DNA of 64,000 nucleotides from Candidatus Latescibacterota bacterium (GTDB lineage Bacteria > Krumholzibacteriota > Krumholzibacteriia > WVZY01 > JAKEHA01): positions 2,432,001-2,496,000 of the forward strand of contig OY970173.1 in NCBI GenBank assembly GCA_963707635.1, given 5' to 3'. Positions 19,066 through 31,096 of the stretch are shown piece by piece. The translations under genes were made by a program, and so were the position numbers. Each line of letters opens with the position of its first letter. The stretch's first letter is position 1. Below the pieces are notes generated by a model. That model worked only from the letters and a program-made list of their open reading frames with translations. It made no database searches and was not told the DNA's origin.

Positions 19066-20004
19066 CTAGAACTGATGGCACCCCACCACCGTGCAGCCCT
19101 GCGCCGCCAGCGAGGGGTCGAGCAGTTTCGCGTTGTCATACGAGCCGTGGACGTCCACGTGACAATCGTTGCACGGCACACCCGCCCACGAGGTGCCATG
19201 ATTCACGTTGTTCAGGTGCTTGGGCACAGCGTGACACTGCAAACACAACGCGAAGTCCGGCGATTCATAGCTCTGTTTGAGCAGGCGCGGCTGCGTCGAC
19301 CCGTGTGCCGCGTGGCAATTCAAGCACCCGCCCTCTTCCGTGGAGTAGTCGACGGCCGCCTGGTGCTCGTACGGGAACGGCCCCTCGAATTGCGCGTGGC
19401 ACGTGGTGCAGGTCGTCCCCGGCCCGGTGTAAACGTGCTGCTTGGAGCTCTGCGCCACCGACAGATGGCAGTCGCTGCACGCCACCACACCCTCCATCAC
19501 CGGATGGTGGGACGGCATGGCAAAGTCGCCCTGCGCGGACGCGTGGCACGAAAAGCACAGCGTGGGCTGCTCGTCCTTGAGCAGACCGAGGTGGGCGCTG
19601 CTGTGAACCTGGTGACAGCCCGTACAGGAAACGTCCGCGTCCGCGTGCGGATCCCGCTCGAAGAGATTCAGCGTGTGTGGGTGCTCGTGGCAGGTCGTGC
19701 ACACCGCCGTCACCGAGTCGGCTCGCATGTGGGCCGGATTGACCGCCGGGTTCTCGTCCGGGTCGTCGAGGTGCTGGTCGGTCGCCGCGCCGGCGTGGCA
19801 GCCCAGGCACGACACGACCTTCCCGGCGGCAGGATCGTGGGGAGTGCCGGCCATGGCGTGCACCTGTGATTCGTGGCAATCCAAGCACGCCTCGTCGGAA
19901 GCTGCATCGGTCTGGGTGGAACGCGCTCCACCGATCGCGAAAACGAACGCGAAACTCAAGAGGATGAGGGCGAAGGCGAAGATGGTGCGACGAGGGTGTC
20001 TCAT
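19066..20004 (-). CDS. DmsE/MtrA/PioA-family decaheme cytochrome c
   Basis: Ten CxxCH plus PSHHPVMEG, GPFPYEH, CHAAHGS and CHVDVHGS, with an extra C-terminal CTVVGCH. ATG 20004 is preferred because ATG 20019 abuts the -10 box. Confidence 0.9.
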   Translation of the reverse strand: MRHPRRTIFAFALILLSFAFVFAIGGARSTQTDAASDEACLDCHESQVHAMAGTPHDPAAGKVVSCLGCHAGAATDQHLDDPDENPAVNPAHMRADSVTAVCTTCHEHPHTLNLFERDPHADADVSCTGCHQVHSSAHLGLLKDEQPTLCFSCHASAQGDFAMPSHHPVMEGVVACSDCHLSVAQSSKQHVYTGPGTTCTTCHAQFEGPFPYEHQAAVDYSTEEGGCLNCHAAHGSTQPRLLKQSYESPDFALCLQCHAVPKHLNNVNHGTSWAGVPCNDCHVDVHGSYDNAKLLDPSLAAQGCTVVGCHQF

Positions 20005-20020
20005 TGCAAGTTCTTGCATC

Positions 20021-20048
20021 AGTATATTCCGGTCCGATTCTCTGTCAA
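20021..20048 (-). promoter_or_regulatory. Near-consensus sigma70 promoter for the porin-cytochrome operon
   Basis: TTGACA-16-TATACT. Confidence 0.7.
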
Positions 20049-20074
20049 TAAACTACTGACTGTCCTGTATAGGT

Positions 20075-20092
20075 TTGCGTAGAGTTTCACAA
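20075..20092. promoter_or_regulatory. Rex-like (or CRP/FNR-family) palindromic operator
   Basis: TTGCGTA-GAGT-TTCACAA has two mismatches to the Rex consensus TTGTGAA-N4-TTCACAA and lies in an AT-rich intergenic region. Confidence 0.45.
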
Positions 20093-20218
20093 AGAAAAAT
20101 TGAATCACATATACCCATGACATTATATGCGCGCTGGCATACGGCGATCGAGGCGTGCGCGCTGAGTCGGTCTGCGTCCTGACGCCGTCCTTCCCAACCG
20201 AAATCGGATCGGACACCG

Positions 20219-21541
20219 TTAGCGTGAATCGAGCTGCCGTATCTTGAGAAACAGCGCGAGCGCGAGGATGGTCGTAAACAGGGTCGCCATCCCGAACCCG
20301 CGCCGGCGCACGTGGAAGTCCTTGATCTGTCGGGCGGCGAGATCGAGGGCTTCGTTCGCCTTGGCGAGACCCTCCGACGTCTTGGCCCCTACCTTCTCGG
20401 GGTCGAACGTGTGCACGAGCGTTCGCGATTCGATCAGGCTCTGGTGCGATTCCTGAAGGAGGAACCCGATGTCGACGTCGTCCATGCCGATGCGCTGGAC
20501 TTCGGCCTGACGGTTGAGAGCATCCTCCTGCGCCGCGGAAAGCGACGCGAGACTGACATGGATCTTCCCGGCGGTCTCGAAACCGACGTCACCCTCCGAA
20601 TGGCAATCGATGCAGACCGCGCCGCTGACGTTCCCGACCATGGAATCGGAGGTCTTTTTCACGCCATGGTTGCCGTGACACTCCTCACAGCCATGGTAGC
20701 CCTCCTCCACGAACGCGCGGCCCATTCGTGACTCGGTGAAATACCGCATATTGTTGGCATGGCATTGTCCGCACACCTGGGTGATGGACGTGATCCCCGG
20801 CGGCGTCGCGCCGTGGTTTCCGTGGCAGTCGTTGCACGCGGGAGCACCGGTATCCTCTTTCTCGAGCAGCGCGACCCCGTGCACGCTGTGCTTGAACTCC
20901 TCGAGCTGATTGGTGGGGATGCCGTAGGGCGCCATGTACTCCGCGTCCCCGTGACACCTCCCGCACGTTGCCGGGACGTTCATCGCGTTCACCGTCGATC
21001 GAGTGTCGGACGCGGGGAGGATTCCGTGGGCGGTGTGGCAGCTCGTGCAATCCGCGACCTTCTGGTCGTGCTGCTTCAGCTTGTGTCCGTGCACGGAGGA
21101 GGCATACTGGCTCTCCTGGTCGGTCGGAATGCGCGGCTGGTACTGCCGCATGAAGTCGATGTCCGAATGACAGCGACCGCAGAACGCGGGGATTTGTTCC
21201 TTCGAAGGGACGCCCCGAAACCCGGCCGTGGCGCTCATGGCGCGATCCTGATCGTCCTCGGCGGGGTTGCCGCCGTGACACCCCGCGCACGACAACCCGG
21301 GCTTCATGTGGATGTCGGCCTCGAGGAAGTGCTCGGGCAGATTGTCGTCCTCGGTGTGACACGCGACGCAATGATCGACCGCGGGTTCCTTCGCCGACAC
21401 TTCGGCCGCCTCGTCTTTGCGCGCTGCTTCATCTTCTTCGTCGGCCAGACCCGGGCCGACGACGAGGATCGACAGCCCGAGCCACACCACCACTGTCCAC
21501 GCCCGCCCGTGGCGGGCCACGGCCGCACGACCGGTCGTCAT
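20219..21541 (-). CDS. Nonaheme cytochrome c with C-terminal membrane anchor (c subunit of the Rieske/cytb complex)
   Basis: Nine CxxCH, signal peptide, C-terminal TM, and ATGA overlap with the cytochrome b stop. Confidence 0.88.
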   Translation of the reverse strand: MTTGRAAVARHGRAWTVVVWLGLSILVVGPGLADEEDEAARKDEAAEVSAKEPAVDHCVACHTEDDNLPEHFLEADIHMKPGLSCAGCHGGNPAEDDQDRAMSATAGFRGVPSKEQIPAFCGRCHSDIDFMRQYQPRIPTDQESQYASSVHGHKLKQHDQKVADCTSCHTAHGILPASDTRSTVNAMNVPATCGRCHGDAEYMAPYGIPTNQLEEFKHSVHGVALLEKEDTGAPACNDCHGNHGATPPGITSITQVCGQCHANNMRYFTESRMGRAFVEEGYHGCEECHGNHGVKKTSDSMVGNVSGAVCIDCHSEGDVGFETAGKIHVSLASLSAAQEDALNRQAEVQRIGMDDVDIGFLLQESHQSLIESRTLVHTFDPEKVGAKTSEGLAKANEALDLAARQIKDFHVRRRGFGMATLFTTILALALFLKIRQLDSR

Positions 21542-22662
21542 ACCAGGTACCCCCAGACGGTCATCGCGATGATGTAGAGGATCGCGATCACGCCGACCAG
21601 CGTCATGGGCCGCACGCGATCACCCGGCCGGCGCCGGGCCTCCCAGAACGGCACCAACAGCCACGCGAGCGCCAGCAGCCCGAACCCCAGGATGCCCAGC
21701 ACCTCTCCTTCCATGAAAAGCACGTGCGCGGGCAGGAGCTTGAGCGTCTGGAACATGAACATGAAATACCACTCCGGGCGGATGCCCTTCGGGGCCGACG
21801 TGAACGGGTCGGCCTTCTCCCCCAGCTCCCACGGAAAGAAGACGGCCAGAAAAAGGAGCACGTTCAGCACCAGCAGCCATAGGAGCATGTCGCGCAGGAG
21901 AAAGTTCGGAAAGAACGGGATGGTCCTGCGGCGCGCTGGTTCGAGCCGCTGCACGTACTCGGGCTCGTGCATCCCCTGTCTCTGCACGAACAGGAGATGC
22001 GCGAACAGAATGGCCGTGAAGATGGCCGGCAAGAGGGCGATGTGAATGGCGTAGAAACGGGTGAGAGTCGCGCCGGTAACGTCCTCCCCTCCACGCAGCA
22101 GAATCTTGATGGGATTGCCCAGGAGCGGCACCACCCCCGCGATATCGGTCCCCACTTTGGTCGCGAAGAACGCCAGCTGGTTCCAGGGAAGGAGGTAGCC
22201 GGTGAATCCGAACCCGAGCGCAAGGCACATGAGCACGAACCCGGTGACCCAGGTCAGCTCCCGCGGCGCGCGGAACGCCCGGGTGAAGAACGTGCTGAAC
22301 ATGTGAATGAAGACGAACAAGACCATGAGGTTGGCCGACCAGCTGTGGACCGATCGCATCAGCCAGCCAAACGACACCTTGGTCGTGATGAAACGCACAC
22401 TCTCGAAGGCGTTCGCTTCGTCGGGCTTATAGTAGAGAACGAGCAGAATCCCGGACGCCACCTGCACCATGAAAAGGAAGAGCGCGACACCGCCCATGTA
22501 ATACCACACGGTGTGGCGGTGGACCGGCACCTGCTTGTGCCGCATGAAATCGATCAGCGGGGTGATGTGGAAGCGATCGTCGAGCCAGCGGTAGACCCGG
22601 CGGGCTGCCCCGACGGGTGCTCGGCGTTGTCGCGTGACCGAGTCTCTGGGTGCGTCAGCCAT
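21538..22662 (-). CDS. petB: Cytochrome b (fused b6 plus subunit IV) of a Rieske/cytb complex
   Basis: [42 protein letters not shown]...H and RPEWYF. Confidence 0.93.
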   Translation of the reverse strand: MADAPRDSVTRQRRAPVGAARRVYRWLDDRFHITPLIDFMRHKQVPVHRHTVWYYMGGVALFLFMVQVASGILLVLYYKPDEANAFESVRFITTKVSFGWLMRSVHSWSANLMVLFVFIHMFSTFFTRAFRAPRELTWVTGFVLMCLALGFGFTGYLLPWNQLAFFATKVGTDIAGVVPLLGNPIKILLRGGEDVTGATLTRFYAIHIALLPAIFTAILFAHLLFVQRQGMHEPEYVQRLEPARRRTIPFFPNFLLRDMLLWLLVLNVLLFLAVFFPWELGEKADPFTSAPKGIRPEWYFMFMFQTLKLLPAHVLFMEGEVLGILGFGLLALAWLLVPFWEARRRPGDRVRPMTLVGVIAILYIIAMTVWGYLV

Positions 22663-22668
22663 CGGCGC

Positions 22669-23100
22669 TCACGCCATCCTGGAAACGAGGATTTCGCCCG
22701 CGATTACGTTGACGGCGTATTCGTCGAGTGGCCGCGGCGGCGGCCCGGAAACGTTGCGCCCCTTGAGGTCATAGAGACCGTTGTGGCACGCGCACCAGAT
22801 CTGCTTGAGGTCGCCGCGGTACTGCACGATGCACTCGAGGTGGGTGCAGGTGGCGGAGAACGCGCGGAACTCGCCGGACTCCTCGCGGATGAGGATCACG
22901 GGCTTGCGGCCGAACTTCACGATTTGCGCCGTGTTGACGGCAAAGGCTGACTCGGGGCCCGCCTTGACGGCCTGCACGGTCGCCTCGGGGACTCGCGGGG
23001 GGCGCAGGTAGGAGAACACCGGGTACAACACGCTCCCCAACCACCCGAGGGCTCCGCCGGTCAGGAGCAGTTGAGTGAATTCTCGGCGCGTCATACCCAT
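22669..23100 (-). CDS. Rieske 2Fe-2S protein
   Basis: Tat motif TRREF, boxes CTHLEC and CACHNGLYD, and GPPPRPL. Confidence 0.93.
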   Translation of the reverse strand: MGMTRREFTQLLLTGGALGWLGSVLYPVFSYLRPPRVPEATVQAVKAGPESAFAVNTAQIVKFGRKPVILIREESGEFRAFSATCTHLECIVQYRGDLKQIWCACHNGLYDLKGRNVSGPPPRPLDEYAVNVIAGEILVSRMA

Positions 23101-23243
23101 TAACGAATCCGATTATCCGGTATACGAGGCAGTCTATTCAAGTGGGCCCGTAACGTCCACCGGTAATTCGCGTAAACTCGGGCCCGCGTGTCCGGGCGGG
23201 AACCGGAGCCCGAGGTTGACAGGGCCGCCGGTGCCGTCATAGC

Positions 23244-25400
23244 ATGCAGAACAGCCGCTCGTCATTCATGCGCCCTCCAGCCATCCTCTTTGGCAGCCGG
23301 CACGTGCCGCGCAACCGCGTCGTCACGGCGCTGACGCTCCTTGCGGTCACCCTCCTTGCGCCCGGGGCGCTCCCGGTCCGCGCCCAGGTGGACACCGCCG
23401 CCTGTCTCGATTGCCACGACGACGCGTCGATGAAATCGGACGCCGGGCGCCCCATCGGCGTGGTGGCGAAGGCGTTCCACGCCGGAGCGCACGGCGGGCA
23501 GGAATGCGTGGACTGCCACGCGGCGCCCGGCAACTACGACGACGCCCCCCACTACGCGAAATACACGCCGGTCGATTGCTCCCGGTGCCACGACGATGTC
23601 GGGCCGGAGTTCAAGGGGTCGATCCACGAGAGCCTCTTTACCGATGGCGACATGGCGTGCACGACTTGCCACTCGATCCACGACCGCACCCCGACTCCGC
23701 GCGAGGCGCTCGCCGCGTGCGGCGGCTGTCACGAAGATGCCGCGGCCGACTACGCCACCAGCGTTCATCACGCGGGCCGCAAGCGCAACGGGCAGAGCGC
23801 GGCGACGTGCACCAGCTGCCACGGGAGCCACCACGTCGTCGCGGTGACCGACTCGACGTCACCGGTGCATCCACGCAACGTGCCGCGGCTGTGCGGGGAA
23901 TGTCACGCCAAGGAGTCGCCCATCACCGCTGACTTCGTCCGGCTTCCGATTTCGGTACCCGCGTATCTCAAGTCGGTGCACGGCCAGGGGTGGCAGCAGG
24001 GCAAGAAGACCGCCGTCTGCACGGACTGTCACGGCGCCCACGACTCGCGCCCCGCGTCCGACCCGAAGTCCCACATCAACCGGCTGAACGTGGCGGCGAC
24101 CTGTGGACGGTGTCACGACCAGATCGGCGCTGAATTCGCAAGCTCGATCCACGGGAAAGCGGTTGCGCTCGGCATTACGGACTCTCCGACCTGCATCGAC
24201 TGCCACAACGAGCACCTGATCCAGCGACCCCAGGATCCAACCGCCGCGATCAGTCCCGAGCACCGCGCGCGCGAGTTGTGCGGCAACTGCCACACCGACC
24301 CCGAGCTGATCGCGAAGTACGGGATCGCGTCCGGAGTCGTGGAGACATACCTCGACAGCTACCACGGCTGGGCAGTCGCTCGCGGCAGCGACCTGGTCGC
24401 GACCTGCACGGACTGCCACAACGTCCACGAGATCAGAAGCCCGCTCGACTCGCTTTCGACGGTGCACCCCGCCAACGTGGCCAGGACCTGCACGAAATGC
24501 CACGCCGGTGCCACCGAGCGCTTCGCGCAGAGCTACACCCACCTGGGTGCCCTCGCGGCGCGCGGCCCGCACGGGTGGGTCCGCACGATCTATCTCTGGC
24601 TGATCGGTGCGGTGCTCGGGGGCATGGCGCTGCACAACGCCGTCATCGTCCGCCACGAAATGAAACGGCACATCGCGCACGTGCGCCGCGAGCCGTATGT
24701 CCGCCGCTGGCACAGCGCCGAGAAGATCCAGCACCTGGTCCTGTTCTTGAGCTTCGCCGGGCTGGCCGTCACCGGCTTCGCGCTGCGTTTTCCCGACGCC
24801 TGGTGGGTCCGGCTCGTGGGCCTCGAGAGCCATGAAGGGCTGCGAGCCAACCTGCACCGGGCGTTCGCGGTCGTGCTCGTGGCCTCGGCGATCTACCACG
24901 CGGCGTGGATCGTCGCCACTCGACGTGGGCGCGTCTCGCTGCGCGCGATGGCGCCGGCCTTCCACGACCTGCGCCAGGCGGGCGAGAATATCGCCTATCA
25001 CATCGGCCGCCGCCCATCGCGCCCCGCCTTTGGCACGTTCGACTATACGCAGAAGGCGGAGTACTGGGCGCTGGTCTGGGGAACGGGGATCATGGCGTTG
25101 ACGGGGCTCGTGCTCTGGTACCCGGCGCTGGCGACGAACCGATTCCCGGTGTGGATCGTGCGCGTCGCCGAAGTGATTCACTTCTACGAGGCGATTCTCG
25201 CCGTTTCCGCCATCTTCATCTGGCATTTCTTCTTCGTGATCTTCCTGCCGGCGGTATACCCCATGAGTACCACCTGGCTCGACGGCCGCATCCCCGCCCG
25301 CGAATGGAAGGAGTTCCACGCCGGGGAATACGCGGAGAAAGGCGATCGGGAAATCCTGGAACCCGGGGAGGACGATCCCTCCCCACCCGGCGGCGCGTGA
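23244..25400 (+). CDS. CbcL-like fusion: 13-heme cytochrome c plus di-heme cytochrome b
   Basis: Thirteen CxxCH, then a TM domain with QHLV..TGFALRF, LHRAFA, TQKAEYWALVWG and IHFYEAILA..IWHFF. Start may be ATG 23268. Confidence 0.88.
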   Translation: MQNSRSSFMRPPAILFGSRHVPRNRVVTALTLLAVTLLAPGALPVRAQVDTAACLDCHDDASMKSDAGRPIGVVAKAFHAGAHGGQECVDCHAAPGNYDDAPHYAKYTPVDCSRCHDDVGPEFKGSIHESLFTDGDMACTTCHSIHDRTPTPREALAACGGCHEDAAADYATSVHHAGRKRNGQSAATCTSCHGSHHVVAVTDSTSPVHPRNVPRLCGECHAKESPITADFVRLPISVPAYLKSVHGQGWQQGKKTAVCTDCHGAHDSRPASDPKSHINRLNVAATCGRCHDQIGAEFASSIHGKAVALGITDSPTCIDCHNEHLIQRPQDPTAAISPEHRARELCGNCHTDPELIAKYGIASGVVETYLDSYHGWAVARGSDLVATCTDCHNVHEIRSPLDSLSTVHPANVARTCTKCHAGATERFAQSYTHLGALAARGPHGWVRTIYLWLIGAVLGGMALHNAVIVRHEMKRHIAHVRREPYVRRWHSAEKIQHLVLFLSFAGLAVTGFALRFPDAWWVRLVGLESHEGLRANLHRAFAVVLVASAIYHAAWIVATRRGRVSLRAMAPAFHDLRQAGENIAYHIGRRPSRPAFGTFDYTQKAEYWALVWGTGIMALTGLVLWYPALATNRFPVWIVRVAEVIHFYEAILAVSAIFIWHFFFVIFLPAVYPMSTTWLDGRIPAREWKEFHAGEYAEKGDREILEPGEDDPSPPGGA

Positions 25401-25525
25401 ACCGCGCTGCGCCGGAGCCTATCCAAAACTATGCAACGAATCTGTTGGTGAAGCGCGCCTCGCGCGCTATGCTATCATTGGCTGCATTGGACTGCCGCCT
25501 CTGCGGCGCCGAAAGGAGAAACGCA

Positions 25526-26116
25526 ATGAAACGAGTTGGCGGGGGTGTCATCGCGCTGTGGGCCGCAGGTGCCTTCGTGGTCGCGCAAACCGGGGCAGCC
25601 GCGGCGGCCGACCACGCGTTCGTGGGAGCGGCGAAGTGCGCGACCTGTCACAAGACGGTCGCGCAGGGCGAGCAGTTCCCGAAGTGGCAGGCGAGCATGC
25701 ACGCGAAGGCCTACGAGACCCTGGCCGGTGAAAAAGCCAAGGAGATCGCGAAGGCCAAAGGCATCGCCGACCCGCAGAAGGCTCCCGAGTGCCTCAAGTG
25801 CCACGTGACCGGATACGGAGCCGCGGCGGCGCTGCTCGGCGAGAAGTACGCGGTCACCGACGGCGTCGGGTGCGAGTCCTGCCACGGCGCCGGCGGCGAC
25901 TACGTCAAGAAGGCGACGATGGAAGGCGTCATGAACGGCACCATCACGGCCGCGTCCGTCGGCCTGGTGAAGCCCGACAAGGCGACGTGTGAGAAGTGCC
26001 ACAACAAGGAGAGCCCATCGTTTACCTCGTTCGACTTCGACAAGTCGTACGCGAAGATCAAGCACGAGATGCCGGCGGAGCGCAAAGCGAAGTACAAGGC
26101 GCCTGCGGGCGGCTAG
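25526..26116 (+). CDS. Periplasmic tetraheme cytochrome c554-like protein
   Basis: Signal peptide, FVGAAKCATCH, W..SMHAKAY, CLKCHVTG, GVGCESCHGAG and CEKCH. AAAGGAG RBS before ATG 25526. Confidence 0.9.
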   Translation: MKRVGGGVIALWAAGAFVVAQTGAAAAADHAFVGAAKCATCHKTVAQGEQFPKWQASMHAKAYETLAGEKAKEIAKAKGIADPQKAPECLKCHVTGYGAAAALLGEKYAVTDGVGCESCHGAGGDYVKKATMEGVMNGTITAASVGLVKPDKATCEKCHNKESPSFTSFDFDKSYAKIKHEMPAERKAKYKAPAGG

Positions 26117-26176
26117 GCACCGGCGGGTGCGCGGCTCCCCGGGCAGAGCGAAAGCCGGGCGTCGACCAGAACCAGA

Positions 26177-26214
26177 CGGGCGGGTTCATCGAGAACCCGC
26201 CCGATCTTTTTTTT
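26177..26214 (+). terminator. Intrinsic terminator
   Basis: Stem CGGGCGGGTTC/GAACCCGCCCG followed by a T8 run. Confidence 0.85.
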
Positions 26215-26233
26215 CCCCCCGGCCCCGTGCCGT

Positions 26234-29015
26234 CTACTTGTAGCCGAAAATCACCGAATAGATGATGAGCGCGATCAGGATCAGCCCCACGCCGAGGAAG
26301 AGCGACCCCGCCACGCGTACGCCGATTTCCCACCGGCGCGACAGCGCCCCTTTCACGAGGCGACGGCGGAGTTCACCCGTGCGCTTCATCTCCTCGTATT
26401 CGACGGGACGATCTTTGATGTAGTCCTCTAGCGGGGTCAGCCCGGTGAAGACCACGGTGTCCATCGGGAAGGCTTCGGGGCGCAGGTGCGTATTGAAGAA
26501 ATGGATGGTAAAGATGAAACCCACCGCGAGCAATGCCTCGTCGCTGTGGATGATCGTCGCCACGTTGATCAGCGCGCCGGGAAGGAAGCGCGTAAAGAGT
26601 ACCGGGAGCCACAGCATCAGCCCGGACGCCCCGATGATCGCGACCCCCCAGAACACCGCGAGGTAGTCGAATTTCTCCCAGTAGGTCCAGCGCCCGTAGC
26701 GCGGACGCGCTCCCGCGCCGAAGAACCACTTGAGCGTCCCGACGAAGTCATTTAGGTCCTTGCGGTTGAACATCAGCGAGTTCGGCCCGAAGGCGAGCTC
26801 TCGCCAGCTCAACCGCCGCTCGCGCTTGTGTCGCACCAGCGATGCGACGTGGAAGCTGAAGTACCCGAACGTCGCCACCGCGGCAATGCGGTGGATGACG
26901 CCAGCGACGCGGACGCCGCCGAGCACGCCGGAGAGGAAGGCCGCCCACGGCATCGCGGAGAACTTCAGTATCATGCCGGTGAGGGCCAGCGAGAGGAAGC
27001 TGGTGATGACGAACAAGTGCGTGATCCGCTGCGCACGCGTAAAACGCCGTATGTAATATTTCGTCTCGCGTTTTTGCGCCCCGCGCTTGCGTTCGAGCAT
27101 GTGGCGGAACGAACGCGGCAGCCACAGCACCGTGTGCAACCCGAAAAAACTGAACACACCCACCAGCAGGAACGTCATCGCCCAGTACGAATAGTAGAGG
27201 AACGGATACTTGTCCGGGTCGTGGTGCGTCGCGTGCGTCAGGTAGCCGGTGAAGCGCTGGTTTGCGTCCTCGTGACACTGACGGCACGTCCCCACGATGT
27301 TCTTGAATCCCACCTTCGAATTCGGATTGTTGGTCGCAAGGATCTCGTGCGCGCCGTGACAATCGGAACACCTCGCCGCCTTGAAATAGCCAAGCCGGTA
27401 GGCCTTGCCGTGCATCGTCTCGAGGTAGGTCTTGGACAGCTCGCCGTGGCACGAGCCGCACTGCTGCGTCACCTCGAAGAGAAAATCGTCTTTCTCGACG
27501 TCGCCGATGGTATGGGACGAGTGACAGCTTGCACAGTTGGGCAGCTTGTCCACGTCTTTCCCGCTCGCCGCGTAGTGAACGCTCTTGATAAACTGCTTGT
27601 AGATCCCGCGGTGGCACACTGCGCACGTCGCGGGCAGGTTCTGCTTCGAGACTGTTGAGCGCTCGTCCGTGTGCTTGAGCACCATGTGGGACGAGTGGCA
27701 GTCGATGCAGATCGCGCTGGGAAGCAGCCCTTTTTCCGTGAGCGCCCGCCCGTGCACGCTCTGCGAGTAGTCGGCGAACGCCGACACCTGCGAGAGGGTC
27801 GCGACCTTCGACGCTTTCCCCTCCTCCCGGTGGCAATCGCCGCACAACGCCGGCACCGCTGCGCGATACGTGCGCGACGATTCCTGCAGGTGGGAAAGCG
27901 TGCCGTGAGATCCATGGCAGGTCGTGCAGTAGGGGGCCTCCTCGACGCCCCGCGCGTGCGCCTGGCCGTGCCCACTCACCGTGTACTCCTCCGAGATTTT
28001 CGCGTGACAGTTCGAGCAGTCTACGCGTCCGGACGTTTCGCACGGGCGCTTGCGGCGCGGGTCGACGTCCGCGTGGCACTTCACGCACGGTATGGTCTGG
28101 TGGACCGACGACGCAAGTTCTTCACGGTCGACCGTCATCGAAACCGTGTCGCCGGCCTCGACCCCGAACAGGTTGGGCTGTTCGTGACAGCGCAGGCAGT
28201 CGCGGTCGGCGATGGCGAGCGACGCCGCCTCCTTGCGCACCTTGTGCGGCACATGGCAGTCGGTGCACGCGGGGATCGCGCCCGGCGCCTTTTCCCACAG
28301 TTCCCCCCGGATGACCTTGGTGTGGACCTCTTCGATCTTCGCGTGGCACTTCATGCAGGTCGCGGTGATGTTGCGGGGCGAGATCGAAGCGCGCGGCTCC
28401 GTGTGCGGAAGGATCAGGTGCGCATTGTGGCAGTCCGCGCACGCCGCGGTCACGATCAGGCCCTTCTTGAACAGGCCCTCTCCATGAATGCTCTCGCTGT
28501 AGTTCTCCAGGATGTTGTGCGCCGAGATTTCGTACGTGTTCGCGACGGGTGCACCCTCCCGGTGGCATTTCCCGCACAAGTACGGCACGTTCATCTTGTA
28601 TGCGGTCGAACGCCCGTCCCGGGGCGAGAGGATGTCGTGCACCCCGTGACAGTCCTTGCACGACGGTGCGTACGGCGCGTGGCGCTTCAGCGCCTGGCCG
28701 TGGATGCTGGCGTCGAAGTCGAGTTGCTCGTCGTCGTGGCAGGTCCCGCAGTAGACGGGGTGGAGGTCGTCGGCGTGCGGCAGGTCCTCGGGGTCGACGT
28801 CCGCGTGGCAGGCTGTGCAGTTCAGGTCCCGGTGAACGGACGCCCCGAAGATCTTCGCGTCGAAGAACGGTGTCTCGTCGTCGTGCTCGCCGTGGCACTC
28901 GAGACAGGTGTCGTGGTCCGTGGCGGATGCGTTGGCGTCCGGAAGGAGGAGGAGCGGGACCAGCAAAGCGATCGGGAGCAGAACACGCCGAATGGCGATG
29001 CGGCGCGCCGAGGGA

Positions 29016-29044
<29 letters not shown>
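26234..29044 (-). CDS. CbcL-like fusion: 19-heme cytochrome c plus di-heme cytochrome b
   Basis: Nineteen CxxCH and C-terminal QRITHLFVITSF..ALTGM, IHRIAA, YWEKFDYLAVFWG and IIHSDEALLAVGFIFTIHFFNTHLRPEAFPMD. Start reassigned to ATG 29044, ahead of the signal peptide. Confidence 0.9.
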
Positions 29045-30570
<1,526 letters not shown>

Positions 30571-30697
30571 TTTTCCGATAATCGGCTCCGAATGTCAAGT
30601 CTAAAGCGGGACACGCGGCGGGGACGGCGGGCCCGCCTGACCGGACAAGCCGGGAAGCGGCGCCCGCGGCCCCGCGGTCTCACCCGGCGCGTGTGAC

Positions 30698-31096
30698 TTA
30701 CTTCGCGACCGGCTCGAGCAGCGCGTGAATCCGGTCGAGGAGCCCTTCGAGGTCGAAGGGTTTGTACAGGCAGGCGTCCGCCTTCGACCACGTCGACACG
30801 AACTCCTCCCGCACCGCGTGGTCGAGCTTGCGCGCCGTGATCAGAAGGATCTTGAACGGCGCCACGTCGCCGCGCGCCATGTCGTCCTTGAGCGCGCGCG
30901 ATACTTCGTAGCCGTTCTTGCCGGGCAGCATCACGTCCAGGATCAGCACCGCGTAGTGCCCCGTGCGCGCCCGGCTCAACGCCGCGTTGCCGTCGTAGGC
31001 GACGTCGACTTCGAACCCGCGGAGTTCGAGACTGTACTTGACCGTGTCGACGATATCCTGCTCGTCATCCACCAGGAGAATCCGCAGCTTGTTCAT
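30698..31096 (-). CDS. Stand-alone response regulator receiver protein
   Basis: ILLVDDE, LILDVMLPGKNG, ITA and YKPFD, with ATGA overlap to the kinase stop. Confidence 0.92.
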   Translation of the reverse strand: MNKLRILLVDDEQDIVDTVKYSLELRGFEVDVAYDGNAALSRARTGHYAVLILDVMLPGKNGYEVSRALKDDMARGDVAPFKILLITARKLDHAVREEFVSTWSKADACLYKPFDLEGLLDRIHALLEPVAK

